This document shows positions 30,801 to 38,263 of a stretch of DNA of 58,232 nucleotides, one piece after another. The DNA is from a virus (taxonomy: Duplodnaviria; Heunggongvirae; Uroviricota; Caudoviricetes): the IMG/VR virus record IMGVR_UViG_3300044843_000700, positions 64,001 through 122,232 of that record. One strand, given 5' to 3'. Both the position numbers and the translations under genes were made by a program. The notes under the pieces are model-generated. The model did no database searches and was not told where the DNA came from. It saw only the letters and a list, made by a program, of their open reading frames with translations. Within the stretch, counting starts at the first letter, position 1. The number at the start of each line of letters is the position of its first letter.

Positions 30801-32837
30801 GAAGTTGTTCGTACTAAAAAGCTGAAGGTGATTGCCGGAGGACTAGGTGAAAAGAATTTCCCTTTCCTTCAGATCATGGTGGAACGCGTTAAGAACTTCT
30901 TCCGCAAAGCTAAAGATCAAAAAGGATCCGAGTACAACTGGGAAGATGATGCAGTACTAGTTCGTGCAGACATGTTCGATAACGAGATTGCAAGTATCCC
31001 AATCAGCGGTCTCTATGATATCGATATTGATGACACATCAGTAGATGTTAATCAGTCACTGATGCGTTATATGTTCTCGGCTGAACGTCACAAGAAGCTT
31101 GTTGAGATCAACCCTGTTGCTCAAGCGTTAAAGACTACTGTGAATGATCCTAAGAATCTTGCTAAGCAAATGGATCGCATCAATAAGTTCAACTTTATAC
31201 ACCGTGGAGTTGTCACTTATCTGAATAAGAAAGGACGCTACACTCGTCAAGCTGCAGTGAACAATTTCATCGAGCGTGAGTTCGAAGGACAGGTTGATGC
31301 CGGGTTTACAAAAGATATGCCTTGGTTACAGAATGCAAGTAACATTATCATGGGTCGTGCAGCATTCAGTTTCTTTGCTTTGAACATTCCTTCCGCTGTA
31401 AAGAATGCCATCGGTGCAAAGTGGCAAGCTATGATTCATATGGCAGGGGGTATTGATGTAGATGCTGTGTCTATGAGTAAAGGTGAAGGATGGTCTTTTA
31501 ATACCATGGCTCAAATAAGTTCTCAGATCTACACGAGAGGACCTAAGCCTTTGAACATGCAGATTCTAGATTCTTTTGATGCTATTCGTGAAAGAGCTGA
31601 AGATAAGCTTCCAGAGTCAATGTCTCGTACTTTCATGCATGATGCTGTTAACTTCAGTTGGCTTATGAACTTCCGTAAATGGACCGAGATGCAAGCTACA
31701 GCTCAACTTTTTGCAGGTATGATGTATAAGCAAAAGGTTGACATGAAGGGTAAAGAGATTTATTACATGGATGCCTGGGAAACTAGAGATGGTCAGCTTA
31801 GACTTAAAGATGGTATTGATGTAAGATGGTCAAACATTCCTACTGAATATACTGTTCAGGAAGGTGATACCATGGCTTCGCTTGCTGCTAAGTTCAACAT
31901 GTCAGAGGAAGATCTGCGAAAAGAAATTAGCGGAAAGCTTAAAGCTGGTAAGGAGATAACTATCAATAATGGTAAGTACAAAGCTTTCAAGAATAGAGTG
32001 CACTCTGTTACTATGAATCTGAACGGAGCATATTCTAAGTTTGATCAACCGGAAGCACAGCGTTATTTAGCATTCCGACACATCTCTTTCTTGAAGCGTT
32101 TCTTTACCACGATGTTTGTTAATCGCTGGGGATACTCAGGATCTATTCTTGGAGCCAAAAGAGGTCGTGTTAACCCTGGAATGGGTGACATCCATGAAGG
32201 TTATTATGTTACCACGTTAAAGACTCTGTGGCGCACGATTGAGTTTGGTGGGAAGAATCTTCCGCATATGACTCCAGAAGAGCGTGCAGCGCTTAAAAAG
32301 ACCCTTGTCGAGGTAATGGCGGCTATAGCTCTATTGATGGTTGTTGCTCCAATGTTAGGATGGGATCCTACAGATCCAGAACGTTATGAAAAACTTCGTA
32401 AGCGCAGTGGTAATCTTCCTTTCTTCGGTCTTGTACCAGAAGATCCAGAACACCCATTCAATATGGGAGGGTGGTTAATGAACCATGCCTTATTGATGAC
32501 TCTTCAAGTGCGGGCTGAGAACGAAGCTTTCATTCCTTGGATGGGCTTTGGTCTTGACAATTACTACGAGACTTTCACTGATGCTACATCGATCGGATAC
32601 GGTCCTACGCTGAAATCGTATAAGCAAATGCTAGAATACCTCTACATGGAGATGACTGGTAACCCTTATGCTTATTATCAGAAAGATGCTGGTCCATACG
32701 AGTGGCAAAAAGAGGGAGGATCTAAGCTTATGACTACCTTCTGGAAGTCTCTCGGTCTAACAGGTGGTTCAATTGATCCAGTTACAGCCATCAAGAATAA
32801 TCCTACGCTTTCCTCTGGGAGCAGCAAGATGAGATAA
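24840..32837 (+). CDS. Giant ejection protein 3: two zincin-like HExxH domains, LysM domain, C-terminal hydrophobic segment
   Basis: HEFGH (25239-25253) with downstream EELITE; HEFAH (27507-27521) with downstream EEMLVR; YTVQEGDTMASLAAKFNMSEEDL LysM pattern (from 31845); LVEVMAAIALLMVVAPMLGW hydrophobic stretch. Confidence 0.75.
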   Translation: MLACPFGPEWDTLVKEVGKFQAYRDYLQHDGEIRTPEEVKSKLASEGIMTSMYPAHQYQIERTPNTAATATVEVFTSMAEALLSKFPEGYTYRLEHRTDVPWKGYVEPANPNSVGGKPTIVINTAKASLDTPLHEFGHIFLNMVRQENIRLYFQLMNGVFTTETVDETAMDPKTGKEVTRKKIVGYKPKDKYKTLFEEIQRLYPNSTEEEHAEELITELLGRYASEYYDPATGKVKKDFESDDSILKGIASTLKKIWEAIKDALFRNTVLVEVKDLNPNATIENLAMILAHPMVKFNVGSMRQKVSEQQVEGLKKRLTQMKSLKDSFIADPTITLVRSGNYQYLLTKKQGERLELIRSKLPMIRAYVDTNPNGPKIRHAKGVYGGSTKFRNGLEKLASIYLEKPNMSTQEKLAVLDRPEFSRVKTILQAYPDGLDYVVEKVSGPNHAYVIDQAVKDAAILFWGSGRGSASRDYEQHTPEMLLKQLLDGSDEHLNRIFNFPKAFAKTHAIIDRAPSVQTVLEAIDKKIQEYTKAIESPSAYFNKSRRATFKVSSVRPTTGEVIEDEITVAGNLREDGDVEVSFSSDIWSMTDPYWIVPATERNIGEGSRVVKISASGRSVSRSRTSERMDTRDEYGVVEHDNTSALILPAGAFREYMDAKRNGDNTQMEYWHNKATLVPINTLEVKQSQDKRALDVMNGVVETLAAMFEDVDYTSFIFTPMSGESLTRETGEMREKLYNLTAKRLFGRWSPLGEGVFSRRLMVPNWFRPGIKMEKPVYQMDSAPDSLNQFVEDTADNMATLGIEAIRGSIKVDERTQDNASGVGAIKAFARGLAGQLTLEGKPVNYAFIDTAEAQRLTEGKKNPWSGEKAFFIGDTVYFVGDNISLSDVFHEFAHPFVRTLFYQNEGLFRKLYQDLVSTQEGIALYNQVKLAYPELNDTDPLFMEEMLVRAITTAANLEQQGKSESKGFAKFMKDLLYAIKQMLRKAFGQSSNVSKLGPNTTIKQLADMLKEGKNFILDEQVTENIDTVAYVRDTRKFIEDVAMITKPELMSITVRAHDIALKHIDTVMRNKNYREIASILADEFKRGDLQEIQRNLNKFAKPLEDKLRAKRDEVEYNKAHAEALVNTFFRLQNMVGKIKEHMKELSKDPDSIDNMHKAYYYDYLLRYWSDYIDEVIETMNEAEVPETSPLSELVTSIKRGIESSKDYTKKMYATGVKDVLYSELRPMAERIAERYSKIIENLKKNNADPKLIDKWMMEYYGLNQEELARKEGLENAYKNGLITTEQKKELDFLRKKSLDGAQITDEKIEMALKGELKDANVFNSFFEGYMYNTDPVIGGFALYVKNQMSDVMNAAMVKFNDYAKDLKPLLEAAGYNPANVNELIEKVGRRELIGKIDSYGKWVEKEVWTLKSAHTGWRIAMDRARRAIDDAQRQYSMTGTSEDHEKLVEAVADRKKLLRDYFHQEYDKKVYARDYMLEKGYKVVDGVDIGIEAAYRRDKIFELMAEISNPLTTQMEHLEMAEQMDNLWREYHQLYSLVDLNGKLKTGVDREVALLLKEHRAAGVDTDQYLPDGSLNPNYMKSFHDWKLRTGVFENTLAQFEQELVNKYGKDTPEFNFFREQWIKKNTRTVIKPEFYEERKKILEAIDTIMAKLPDAQQKKLNVSEMWSQILDLTAGNRDEDGQPNGLNFTEQGIAFIKEKQLEIQKAMEKFAGLSGLNKQEAAELQGYWDVINAKERRLTPEEQERFNALMSISDNTGLSKLDKQKLFGLFAKLQGLQKKEATDYYVSIMNNWLSKLNTGLMMNELGTNTITREAANMILEDHVINPLLQQDEEFKTWFKNNHIRKTVYDKESGQQKEIWERIYAWNVVRPVEKEFYEQTEIKREDGTSEIIDGLPSLKYYARVVKPQYRTERVVGVTVDNQGNFLPRTDVADSPYIDHEYMQMSKTDPKHYAILEKMKEHHLKNQESLGYKNRLYLDIPRYRKNALEVVRTKKLKVIAGGLGEKNFPFLQIMVERVKNFFRKAKDQKGSEYNWEDDAVLVRADMFDNEIASIPISGLYDIDIDDTSVDVNQSLMRYMFSAERHKKLVEINPVAQALKTTVNDPKNLAKQMDRINKFNFIHRGVVTYLNKKGRYTRQAAVNNFIEREFEGQVDAGFTKDMPWLQNASNIIMGRAAFSFFALNIPSAVKNAIGAKWQAMIHMAGGIDVDAVSMSKGEGWSFNTMAQISSQIYTRGPKPLNMQILDSFDAIRERAEDKLPESMSRTFMHDAVNFSWLMNFRKWTEMQATAQLFAGMMYKQKVDMKGKEIYYMDAWETRDGQLRLKDGIDVRWSNIPTEYTVQEGDTMASLAAKFNMSEEDLRKEISGKLKAGKEITINNGKYKAFKNRVHSVTMNLNGAYSKFDQPEAQRYLAFRHISFLKRFFTTMFVNRWGYSGSILGAKRGRVNPGMGDIHEGYYVTTLKTLWRTIEFGGKNLPHMTPEERAALKKTLVEVMAAIALLMVVAPMLGWDPTDPERYEKLRKRSGNLPFFGLVPEDPEHPFNMGGWLMNHALLMTLQVRAENEAFIPWMGFGLDNYYETFTDATSIGYGPTLKSYKQMLEYLYMEMTGNPYAYYQKDAGPYEWQKEGGSKLMTTFWKSLGLTGGSIDPVTAIKNNPTLSSGSSKMR

Positions 32838-32863
32838 CATCTTTGTCGTCTCACCGACTAGAG

Positions 32864-32890
32864 AAAAAAAAGGGGCTAATGCCCCTTTTT
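32864..32890. terminator. Bidirectional intrinsic terminator at the convergence of structural and replication blocks
   Basis: A8-GGGGC-TAAT-GCCCC-T5: GC stem with a U-tract on both strands. Confidence 0.85.
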
Positions 32891-33049
32891 CTCAAGCTCT
32901 GCTTTTAAGGTCTGATCAATGTTGGTCAGATCTTTGGTGTCTACTTTGAACTGTTTACTCTTGTCTTCGTTATAAGAGGCAATGACGTACGACTTGTCTT
33001 GAGAGACATGAGTCACATAAATTGTTTTACTCTGATACTCGGCTTGCAT
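32876..33049 (-). CDS. Hypothetical protein (57 aa; probable start MQAEYQ)
   Basis: ORF track gives 32876..33157; the internal ATG at 33049 minimises overlap with the upstream gene. Confidence 0.5.
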   Translation of the reverse strand: MQAEYQSKTIYVTHVSQDKSYVIASYNEDKSKQFKVDTKDLTNIDQTLKAELEKKGH

Positions 33050-33356
33050 ATTTCTTGAGGTTTTCAATACGTTTGAGGTGGTGATCTCGTGTTTTGGGTG
33101 GTGAAAGTCTGAATATTGCTGTGATACCTTCCAAGAGTTTTTTCTTGGTCTCTTCATCTAAGGTATCGAATACTACAGGAGGAAACTCTGATAAAGCCAT
33201 ATCATCTTCGAAAACCAGTATTGCTGCGCAGTAAACACACAGCGTAAGATCTTTTGGTGAAGGCTTGTATTCCGGATTCTCTATACTTTGTACAGCATCT
33301 AACTGTGATGCACATACTGGACAACGATCATCGCCCATCTTGATGAACTCACTCAT
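33027..33356 (-). CDS. Small zinc-ribbon protein
   Basis: CPVC...CVYC pair; coupled to neighbours. Confidence 0.6.
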   Translation of the reverse strand: MSEFIKMGDDRCPVCASQLDAVQSIENPEYKPSPKDLTLCVYCAAILVFEDDMALSEFPPVVFDTLDEETKKKLLEGITAIFRLSPPKTRDHHLKRIENLKKYASRVSE

Positions 33357-33750
33357 TGTTTGCTATTTCCGGAAATAGTATTTTGCCAATGTTTGGTGGA
33401 GTATAATTAGGTCCCTTGAGGATCTTCTTATCTTCGCGAAAGATAGGCTTACCATCTTCTCCGAGTTTACTCATGTTACTACGTTGTATTTCCCAGAACA
33501 CTTCTTGAATCTTGTGTTGCAGGCCGTGCTTTAATATTGTTCCGCACAAGATATACAACTGATCACCTAAAGCATCGGCTACACCTACAATATCACCGTT
33601 CCAGCAGGCTTCGATGTATTCATCATTTTCTTCCTTCATCAAGCGATGACGTAACATGAAGTCGTCATCCGGCAGAAGAATGGGTTCTTTGCCGTTCTCG
33701 ATCTGGAATTTGTCGTGGAATTCTTCCACAGCTCCTAAGATGTCTTTCAT
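33349..33750 (-). CDS. All-alpha NTP pyrophosphohydrolase (MazG-like/PRA-PH-like family)
   Basis: EENDEYIEA...VADALGDQLYILCG acidic helical motif; SNMSKL...GKP...KILKGPNY tail typical of phage PRA-PH-like proteins. Confidence 0.85.
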   Translation of the reverse strand: MKDILGAVEEFHDKFQIENGKEPILLPDDDFMLRHRLMKEENDEYIEACWNGDIVGVADALGDQLYILCGTILKHGLQHKIQEVFWEIQRSNMSKLGEDGKPIFREDKKILKGPNYTPPNIGKILFPEIANNE

Positions 33751-34073
33751 ATCTTATATATTTTGACCCAGATATGCACTCTGTTACCAGGCGTGCTATA
33801 CCAAGGTCTTTGGTTTAACTTTTTTTCTGCTCCGATTTCTACCCACTCACCATTATCCTTAAATCCAATCTCGACAGTGTGATACATTGAGAGTCTTGTA
33901 TATTCTCCGGATGCACTACTGTTTACTCTTAGATCGTAGTAAAAGGTGTATGTTGACCAATCTCCATCAGGTAGGAGCGTCGTCATCAATTGTAGGAGGA
34001 CTTTCATCGGAACTTCTCCATCGAACCGGATGTGCGGTTCCTGGACTATTATGCTGCCTACTACTTCGCTCAT
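33747..34073 (-). CDS. Hypothetical protein
   Basis: 108-aa ORF with ATGA overlap to the downstream gene. Confidence 0.6.
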   Translation of the reverse strand: MSEVVGSIIVQEPHIRFDGEVPMKVLLQLMTTLLPDGDWSTYTFYYDLRVNSSASGEYTRLSMYHTVEIGFKDNGEWVEIGAEKKLNQRPWYSTPGNRVHIWVKIYKI

Positions 34074-34115
34074 ATTTTTCCGGATACATTAAAGAGATAA
34101 GTACTAACCACAAGT

Positions 34116-34144
34116 GGAGAGCCCAGCCTTTAAGGCTGTTCTCC
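34116..34144. terminator. Intergenic hairpin (possible terminator/processing site)
   Basis: GGAGA-GCC-CAGCCT-TTA-AGGCTG-T-TCTCC in an 89-nt gap; no clear U-tract. Confidence 0.35.
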
Positions 34145-34162
34145 CTCTTGTAGTTTGCATAC

Positions 34163-35002
34163 TTAGTTTTGTATCTCTCCCTGACCATTGCTTTCAACTT
34201 CAGCGATTGCTTGATCTAAAGTAATCTGTCGAGGATCTACTTCCGGTACAGATTGAACTGCAGGCGCAGGTTCCTGAACATGGTTATAGATGTCGAAGAT
34301 ATCCGTCATGAAGAAGTGAATCAGTCTTTGCTGATCCAACCAGTTCTTAGGATGAGATCTTTGAAGAGAGTATATGACATGACAATACAGTGTCCATAGG
34401 CTGTCCTTATCCGCGTTGTAGCTGAATGAAGGATTCTTATGTTGCTGCTTGATTATACCAAGTTGTTCACCGGTAAGTAACCCGTGTTCGAAGTAAAGAA
34501 TTCCCAGCACCTCTGCTTTTCTGCGTTCTGGTACAAGGACATTCTTCATAACGGCCTTATCATTGATCAACTCTGTATAATACATGTCTGCAGAATGGAT
34601 CTGATGTTTGATTGTTTCAAGAGTTTGTTGAGCTGCAGATCCGGTATGCTTCCTTCCCCACGAGCCCATATTTCCTGAAACGAGGATACTTCCTGATTGA
34701 GGTAAGTATCCTCCGATTGCACACTTGAAGCGCATCGATTTATCATATGAGTTTGCCCAAGCAAACATCATACGCATCTCCTGGTCTTCACCTTGTTTAA
34801 GGTGAAGTACTCCAGAGGCGACTTGAGCACTGTCTGTAGCTTTGTACAGTTCTTGCTCGATCTCAAGACCGGCGGCCTTAAGCTCCTGCTCCACACTGCT
34901 TATAACAAAGTCATGTGGTATTACAGTATATGTTGCCGTAGCTTGCGGCAATGGTGCATTTATCAGTAACTCTTTGGTTACAGAACCTGTTCTTTTAGGC
35001 AT
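34163..35002 (-). CDS. DUF932-like protein
   Basis: YTVIPH...AWANSYDKS...KHTG pattern characteristic of DUF932-type phage proteins. Confidence 0.6.
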   Translation of the reverse strand: MPKRTGSVTKELLINAPLPQATATYTVIPHDFVISSVEQELKAAGLEIEQELYKATDSAQVASGVLHLKQGEDQEMRMMFAWANSYDKSMRFKCAIGGYLPQSGSILVSGNMGSWGRKHTGSAAQQTLETIKHQIHSADMYYTELINDKAVMKNVLVPERRKAEVLGILYFEHGLLTGEQLGIIKQQHKNPSFSYNADKDSLWTLYCHVIYSLQRSHPKNWLDQQRLIHFFMTDIFDIYNHVQEPAPAVQSVPEVDPRQITLDQAIAEVESNGQGEIQN

Positions 35003-35003
35003 G

Positions 35004-35258
35004 TTACTTCTTTGTGAGGTTGTCGATATGACGGTTCAGATACCACTGAGCCTTTTTGAGATCCTCTACAGTTTTAGATGGATCTTTTCTTCCGGCACGT
35101 GCGATGTACTTCACAGCATTACCGAGATGAAAACCTAGTTCCTTGTCCTCGATGAAGTCTATTACTTCGATCTTGGTACCCGCATAGTGTTGCGGGCGAT
35201 TTACTGCGTCAAACTTAGCTACTGGCTTTGTTGACTTCTTCTTTCTTGTTGTTGCCAT
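35004..35258 (-). CDS. DUF3310 (SaV-like/T7 gp1.7-like) protein
   Basis: VNRPQHY...IEVIDFI...GNAVKYIARAGRK...EDLKKAQWYL signature. Confidence 0.85.
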   Translation of the reverse strand: MATTRKKKSTKPVAKFDAVNRPQHYAGTKIEVIDFIEDKELGFHLGNAVKYIARAGRKDPSKTVEDLKKAQWYLNRHIDNLTKK

Positions 35259-37168
35259 TATTCAAACGTTAGTTGATATTGTTGGTTTGTTTTGCGCGGT
35301 ACGATATTAGCTATCTCCTTGTAGATGTAATCCAGATAGTACTTCTCATCGATATCATAGTCTTCCCACTTCCTGCTGTCAGTTTGATTGTATACCTGTT
35401 GCATCCATGGACCTGCTTCCAATTGTATCTGGCGCCCGTCTGACTTGTTTACCTTGATAATCTTACATCCGGTGTTACTGATGAAGTATCTGATTGTATT
35501 CTGTAAAGGTTCATAAGTAACTTGACCGTTCCTAATGCATGTCTGCTGGAACATCCAATCACCTTTGATCTTTACTCCGGCGCAATAGTCAAAGATATTC
35601 TTGTTACCAGCTAAGTGCTTTTCTGGTGGAATATCGTTGACAAAATAATCATATAAGGCCTTACGAATCACTAGTTGGCTCTTGTTCTTATGTAGAGCTA
35701 AACCTTCGAACTCGAAACGACCTTTGCACTTGGTTTTGCCGTTCTTGAAAACAGCGATGTAGTTATTCACGTCAGCTAGTACTAGCTTTTTGTATTCATC
35801 GTGCTCCAACTGGAGCTTTGTTATTCTCTCCCATTCTGCACAGACTTCCATGTACTTTTCCTTATACTCGACAGGGATTATCATTTCCAGACCATCTGTA
35901 TTTTGCATCAGCGGTATGGATCCCGGAATAGCATCCGAGAGCATTTCATACAGCATAGTCAATAACAGTTGACCGTTAATGGTGATCTGCATTCCGAACT
36001 GTGGATCGTACAAGAACGAGTTAGGCTCAATTGATAAACCATATGTCGCATTAAGGATGATCTTGTATACATAGTTCTTCGGATCCTTCTTAGGTATTTT
36101 CTTTCTCTCTTCGAAGAACCACTCGTATAGCTCGCAGAATTCTTCCTTTGGAAGATGAGCTGGCGACCATTTATTTCTGATAGCCAGGTTGGGATAGAAA
36201 CTCGTTACATCCGACGTCATGATAATCATCTTGTCATCGGACTGGTATATCCCGCTTTTTGTAGCACCATGTAAACCACCTAGGCCATATTCAGTCTTGA
36301 CACCTTTATGATTAGCTACATACTTGAAAGCTCCTTTTATCCTTGCTGGATTTATGATGAGTTTCTTGTAGGCCTCATGAAGATCTTGGAACTCCGGCCG
36401 GTTGAACTTTATATAAGGTAGCAAAATGTCGCTTACCTTAATACGTTCTCTGTTGGTCCGCATTTGTTTGAGCTCGTATTTTCGAATGCCAGTACGCTTA
36501 CTTAAGAAAAGTAAGAATAGCTCTTTCGAGATACGTGGCTCTGATGCACTATACAATGGGATATTGTACTCAGCTGTAAGCGTGCTTCTGAGATTCACTT
36601 GCTCAGCACTTAACTGCATTATCCTCTTGGTAGACTTTACGTCATTACAACAGTAATCGATAATCTTGCTGATTTCTTTCACCGTTGTAATAAATGTGGA
36701 GTGATGTATAGGCATTTCCTGCATGTTCTCCCAATCGATGGTGTATTGTATCCACTTTAAAGAGGATCTCTTGGCTGGATTATCCCAGTGATTAAGTTTG
36801 AAAACATCCACCTGTTTTATCTTCAGGTCTCGTTCACTATACTCTGACCACTCTCCTCTTTCTTGACGATCGATTACTTCTTGAGCTTTAGCATAGATTG
36901 CCTTAGCTACGTCTTCAACTTCAGACTGCAGTAGTATATCCTTTTCTCTAAGGATGTATTCCGTAATCTGCGAGTCAAAAGCTAGACCATTGAAAGAGAT
37001 ATGCCATTCACCATTGGTAGCATTTTGCTCGAGGAACTTTATGAGTTCTGGCAAGTGATTCATCAGCTTGTGTACAACAAAGATCTTACGAGAATCTTCT
37101 TTGTAGTGTTCGAAGACAGCTACAAAGCAATTGCTCAAAGTTTCATAGTCATGTACCCAGTGATTCAT
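35258..37168 (-). CDS. polB: Family B DNA polymerase with 3'-5' exonuclease
   Basis: Exo motifs HDYETL, FNGLAFD, YCCNDV; polymerase motifs SDVTSFYP, KIILNATYG, NTDGLE. Confidence 0.93.
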   Translation of the reverse strand: MNHWVHDYETLSNCFVAVFEHYKEDSRKIFVVHKLMNHLPELIKFLEQNATNGEWHISFNGLAFDSQITEYILREKDILLQSEVEDVAKAIYAKAQEVIDRQERGEWSEYSERDLKIKQVDVFKLNHWDNPAKRSSLKWIQYTIDWENMQEMPIHHSTFITTVKEISKIIDYCCNDVKSTKRIMQLSAEQVNLRSTLTAEYNIPLYSASEPRISKELFLLFLSKRTGIRKYELKQMRTNRERIKVSDILLPYIKFNRPEFQDLHEAYKKLIINPARIKGAFKYVANHKGVKTEYGLGGLHGATKSGIYQSDDKMIIMTSDVTSFYPNLAIRNKWSPAHLPKEEFCELYEWFFEERKKIPKKDPKNYVYKIILNATYGLSIEPNSFLYDPQFGMQITINGQLLLTMLYEMLSDAIPGSIPLMQNTDGLEMIIPVEYKEKYMEVCAEWERITKLQLEHDEYKKLVLADVNNYIAVFKNGKTKCKGRFEFEGLALHKNKSQLVIRKALYDYFVNDIPPEKHLAGNKNIFDYCAGVKIKGDWMFQQTCIRNGQVTYEPLQNTIRYFISNTGCKIIKVNKSDGRQIQLEAGPWMQQVYNQTDSRKWEDYDIDEKYYLDYIYKEIANIVPRKTNQQYQLTFE

Positions 37169-37178
37169 GCGTATAGAT

Positions 37179-37207
37179 AAAAAAGGCAGAGTGATGAGCT
37201 CTGCCTT
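37179..37207 (-). terminator. Intrinsic terminator directly upstream of polB
   Basis: - strand AAGGCAGAG-CTCATCA-CTCTGCCTT followed by a T-run. Confidence 0.7.
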
Positions 37208-37228
37208 GTGTTTATATTCTAATGTGTT

Positions 37229-37639
37229 TTACGGTTGAACCAAGTTCAACTTTGGTACTTCTGGTGTAACTAGACCAGCCATGATTGACTTGTAGTCATA
37301 GTCTTCCTTGTTCACCGCAAACATCGAGATTACTTGTTCAATTTCTTTTGTCTCTGAGATGTAGTGTTCTTGATATGTCTCCAGCGCTTTTCGTTCTTCA
37401 GGAAACGGCTTCATGTTAGCACGTGGCCGTTTCAGTTTTAATGGATCTCCTTGTTCGTCAAGCTTAGCCAGCATGTGGAAGCTTTCCTTTTTGTCTTTGG
37501 AGATCATGACCAGTACTTTTCCGTCCGGGTCATAGATCCCTTCTGTGAAGGGGCAGTTTAAATCGATCGGCATGAGGCGAAATGTCTTTTTCTCTCCCCA
37601 CGAAGATGTGATCAGCATCATTGATTGTGATTGTGACAT
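37229..37639 (-). CDS. Hypothetical protein
   Basis: 136-aa ORF with its own promoter and downstream terminator. Confidence 0.7.
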   Translation of the reverse strand: MSQSQSMMLITSSWGEKKTFRLMPIDLNCPFTEGIYDPDGKVLVMISKDKKESFHMLAKLDEQGDPLKLKRPRANMKPFPEERKALETYQEHYISETKEIEQVISMFAVNKEDYDYKSIMAGLVTPEVPKLNLVQP

Positions 37640-37661
37640 ACGTTACAAATGTTGGTTTCGG

Positions 37662-37694
37662 CAAATTTAAGCTATTTTCTGGTTCATGCGCAAA
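37662..37694 (-). promoter_or_regulatory. Bacteroidota primary-sigma-type promoter
   Basis: - strand TTTG-N21-TAAATTTG matches the -33/-7 consensus TTTG...TAnnTTTG; 22 nt upstream of ATG 37639. Confidence 0.7.
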
Positions 37695-38251
37695 TCTTTT
37701 ACGTTTGCTATGAGATTCTCCAGCTCCAGGTTAGGTTTCGAGCATAACTCTCCTACACTTTTGAGGATACCTTGCATCTCTATTTCGTCCTCTCGCCTTG
37801 TGGTCAAGAGTTCTGCATAGAGCTTGAAGTATCTTTCTGGGTATAGAAAGCTGTCGATATAACCAAGGTTACTAGCTCCGAAGAAAGCCCGGATCTTTCG
37901 TTTGAGATCCGGACTGAGCTTCGAATATTTACCAGCTAGGAAGTTCTCCCAGTCGGCTTTTATGTTGCTGAAATCAAATATGTAGACGCCCTTGTCATCA
38001 TCCGTCATTTTAAAGTCAAAGAACATGGGATGTCCCAAGAGTCTCTGCTTCTCATACTGACGGAATTCCTCATCTTTTCGCATGTGATACACACACACCA
38101 GCTTGCACTGGTCAAATGTGTATTGATTCTGCCATGCTGCATACGTTTGGATAGGTGTAACGCTATGACCGCGTTTCATATCCAGAGCTGGATAGAGGAA
38201 GATCCTGCTCTTCTGCACGTAATCTCGATACAAGGATTGTAGTCTTGACAT
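37667..38251 (-). CDS. Hypothetical protein
   Basis: 194-aa ORF in the replication operon. Confidence 0.7.
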   Translation of the reverse strand: MSRLQSLYRDYVQKSRIFLYPALDMKRGHSVTPIQTYAAWQNQYTFDQCKLVCVYHMRKDEEFRQYEKQRLLGHPMFFDFKMTDDDKGVYIFDFSNIKADWENFLAGKYSKLSPDLKRKIRAFFGASNLGYIDSFLYPERYFKLYAELLTTRREDEIEMQGILKSVGELCSKPNLELENLIANVKDLRMNQKIA

Positions 38252-38263
38252 AAATGCTTGTGG

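Noticed and set aside
991-31514. Numerous 60-150 aa antisense ORFs inside the structural genes
   Set aside because: Hydrophobic shadow frames of long + strand genes, with no motifs or translation signals.
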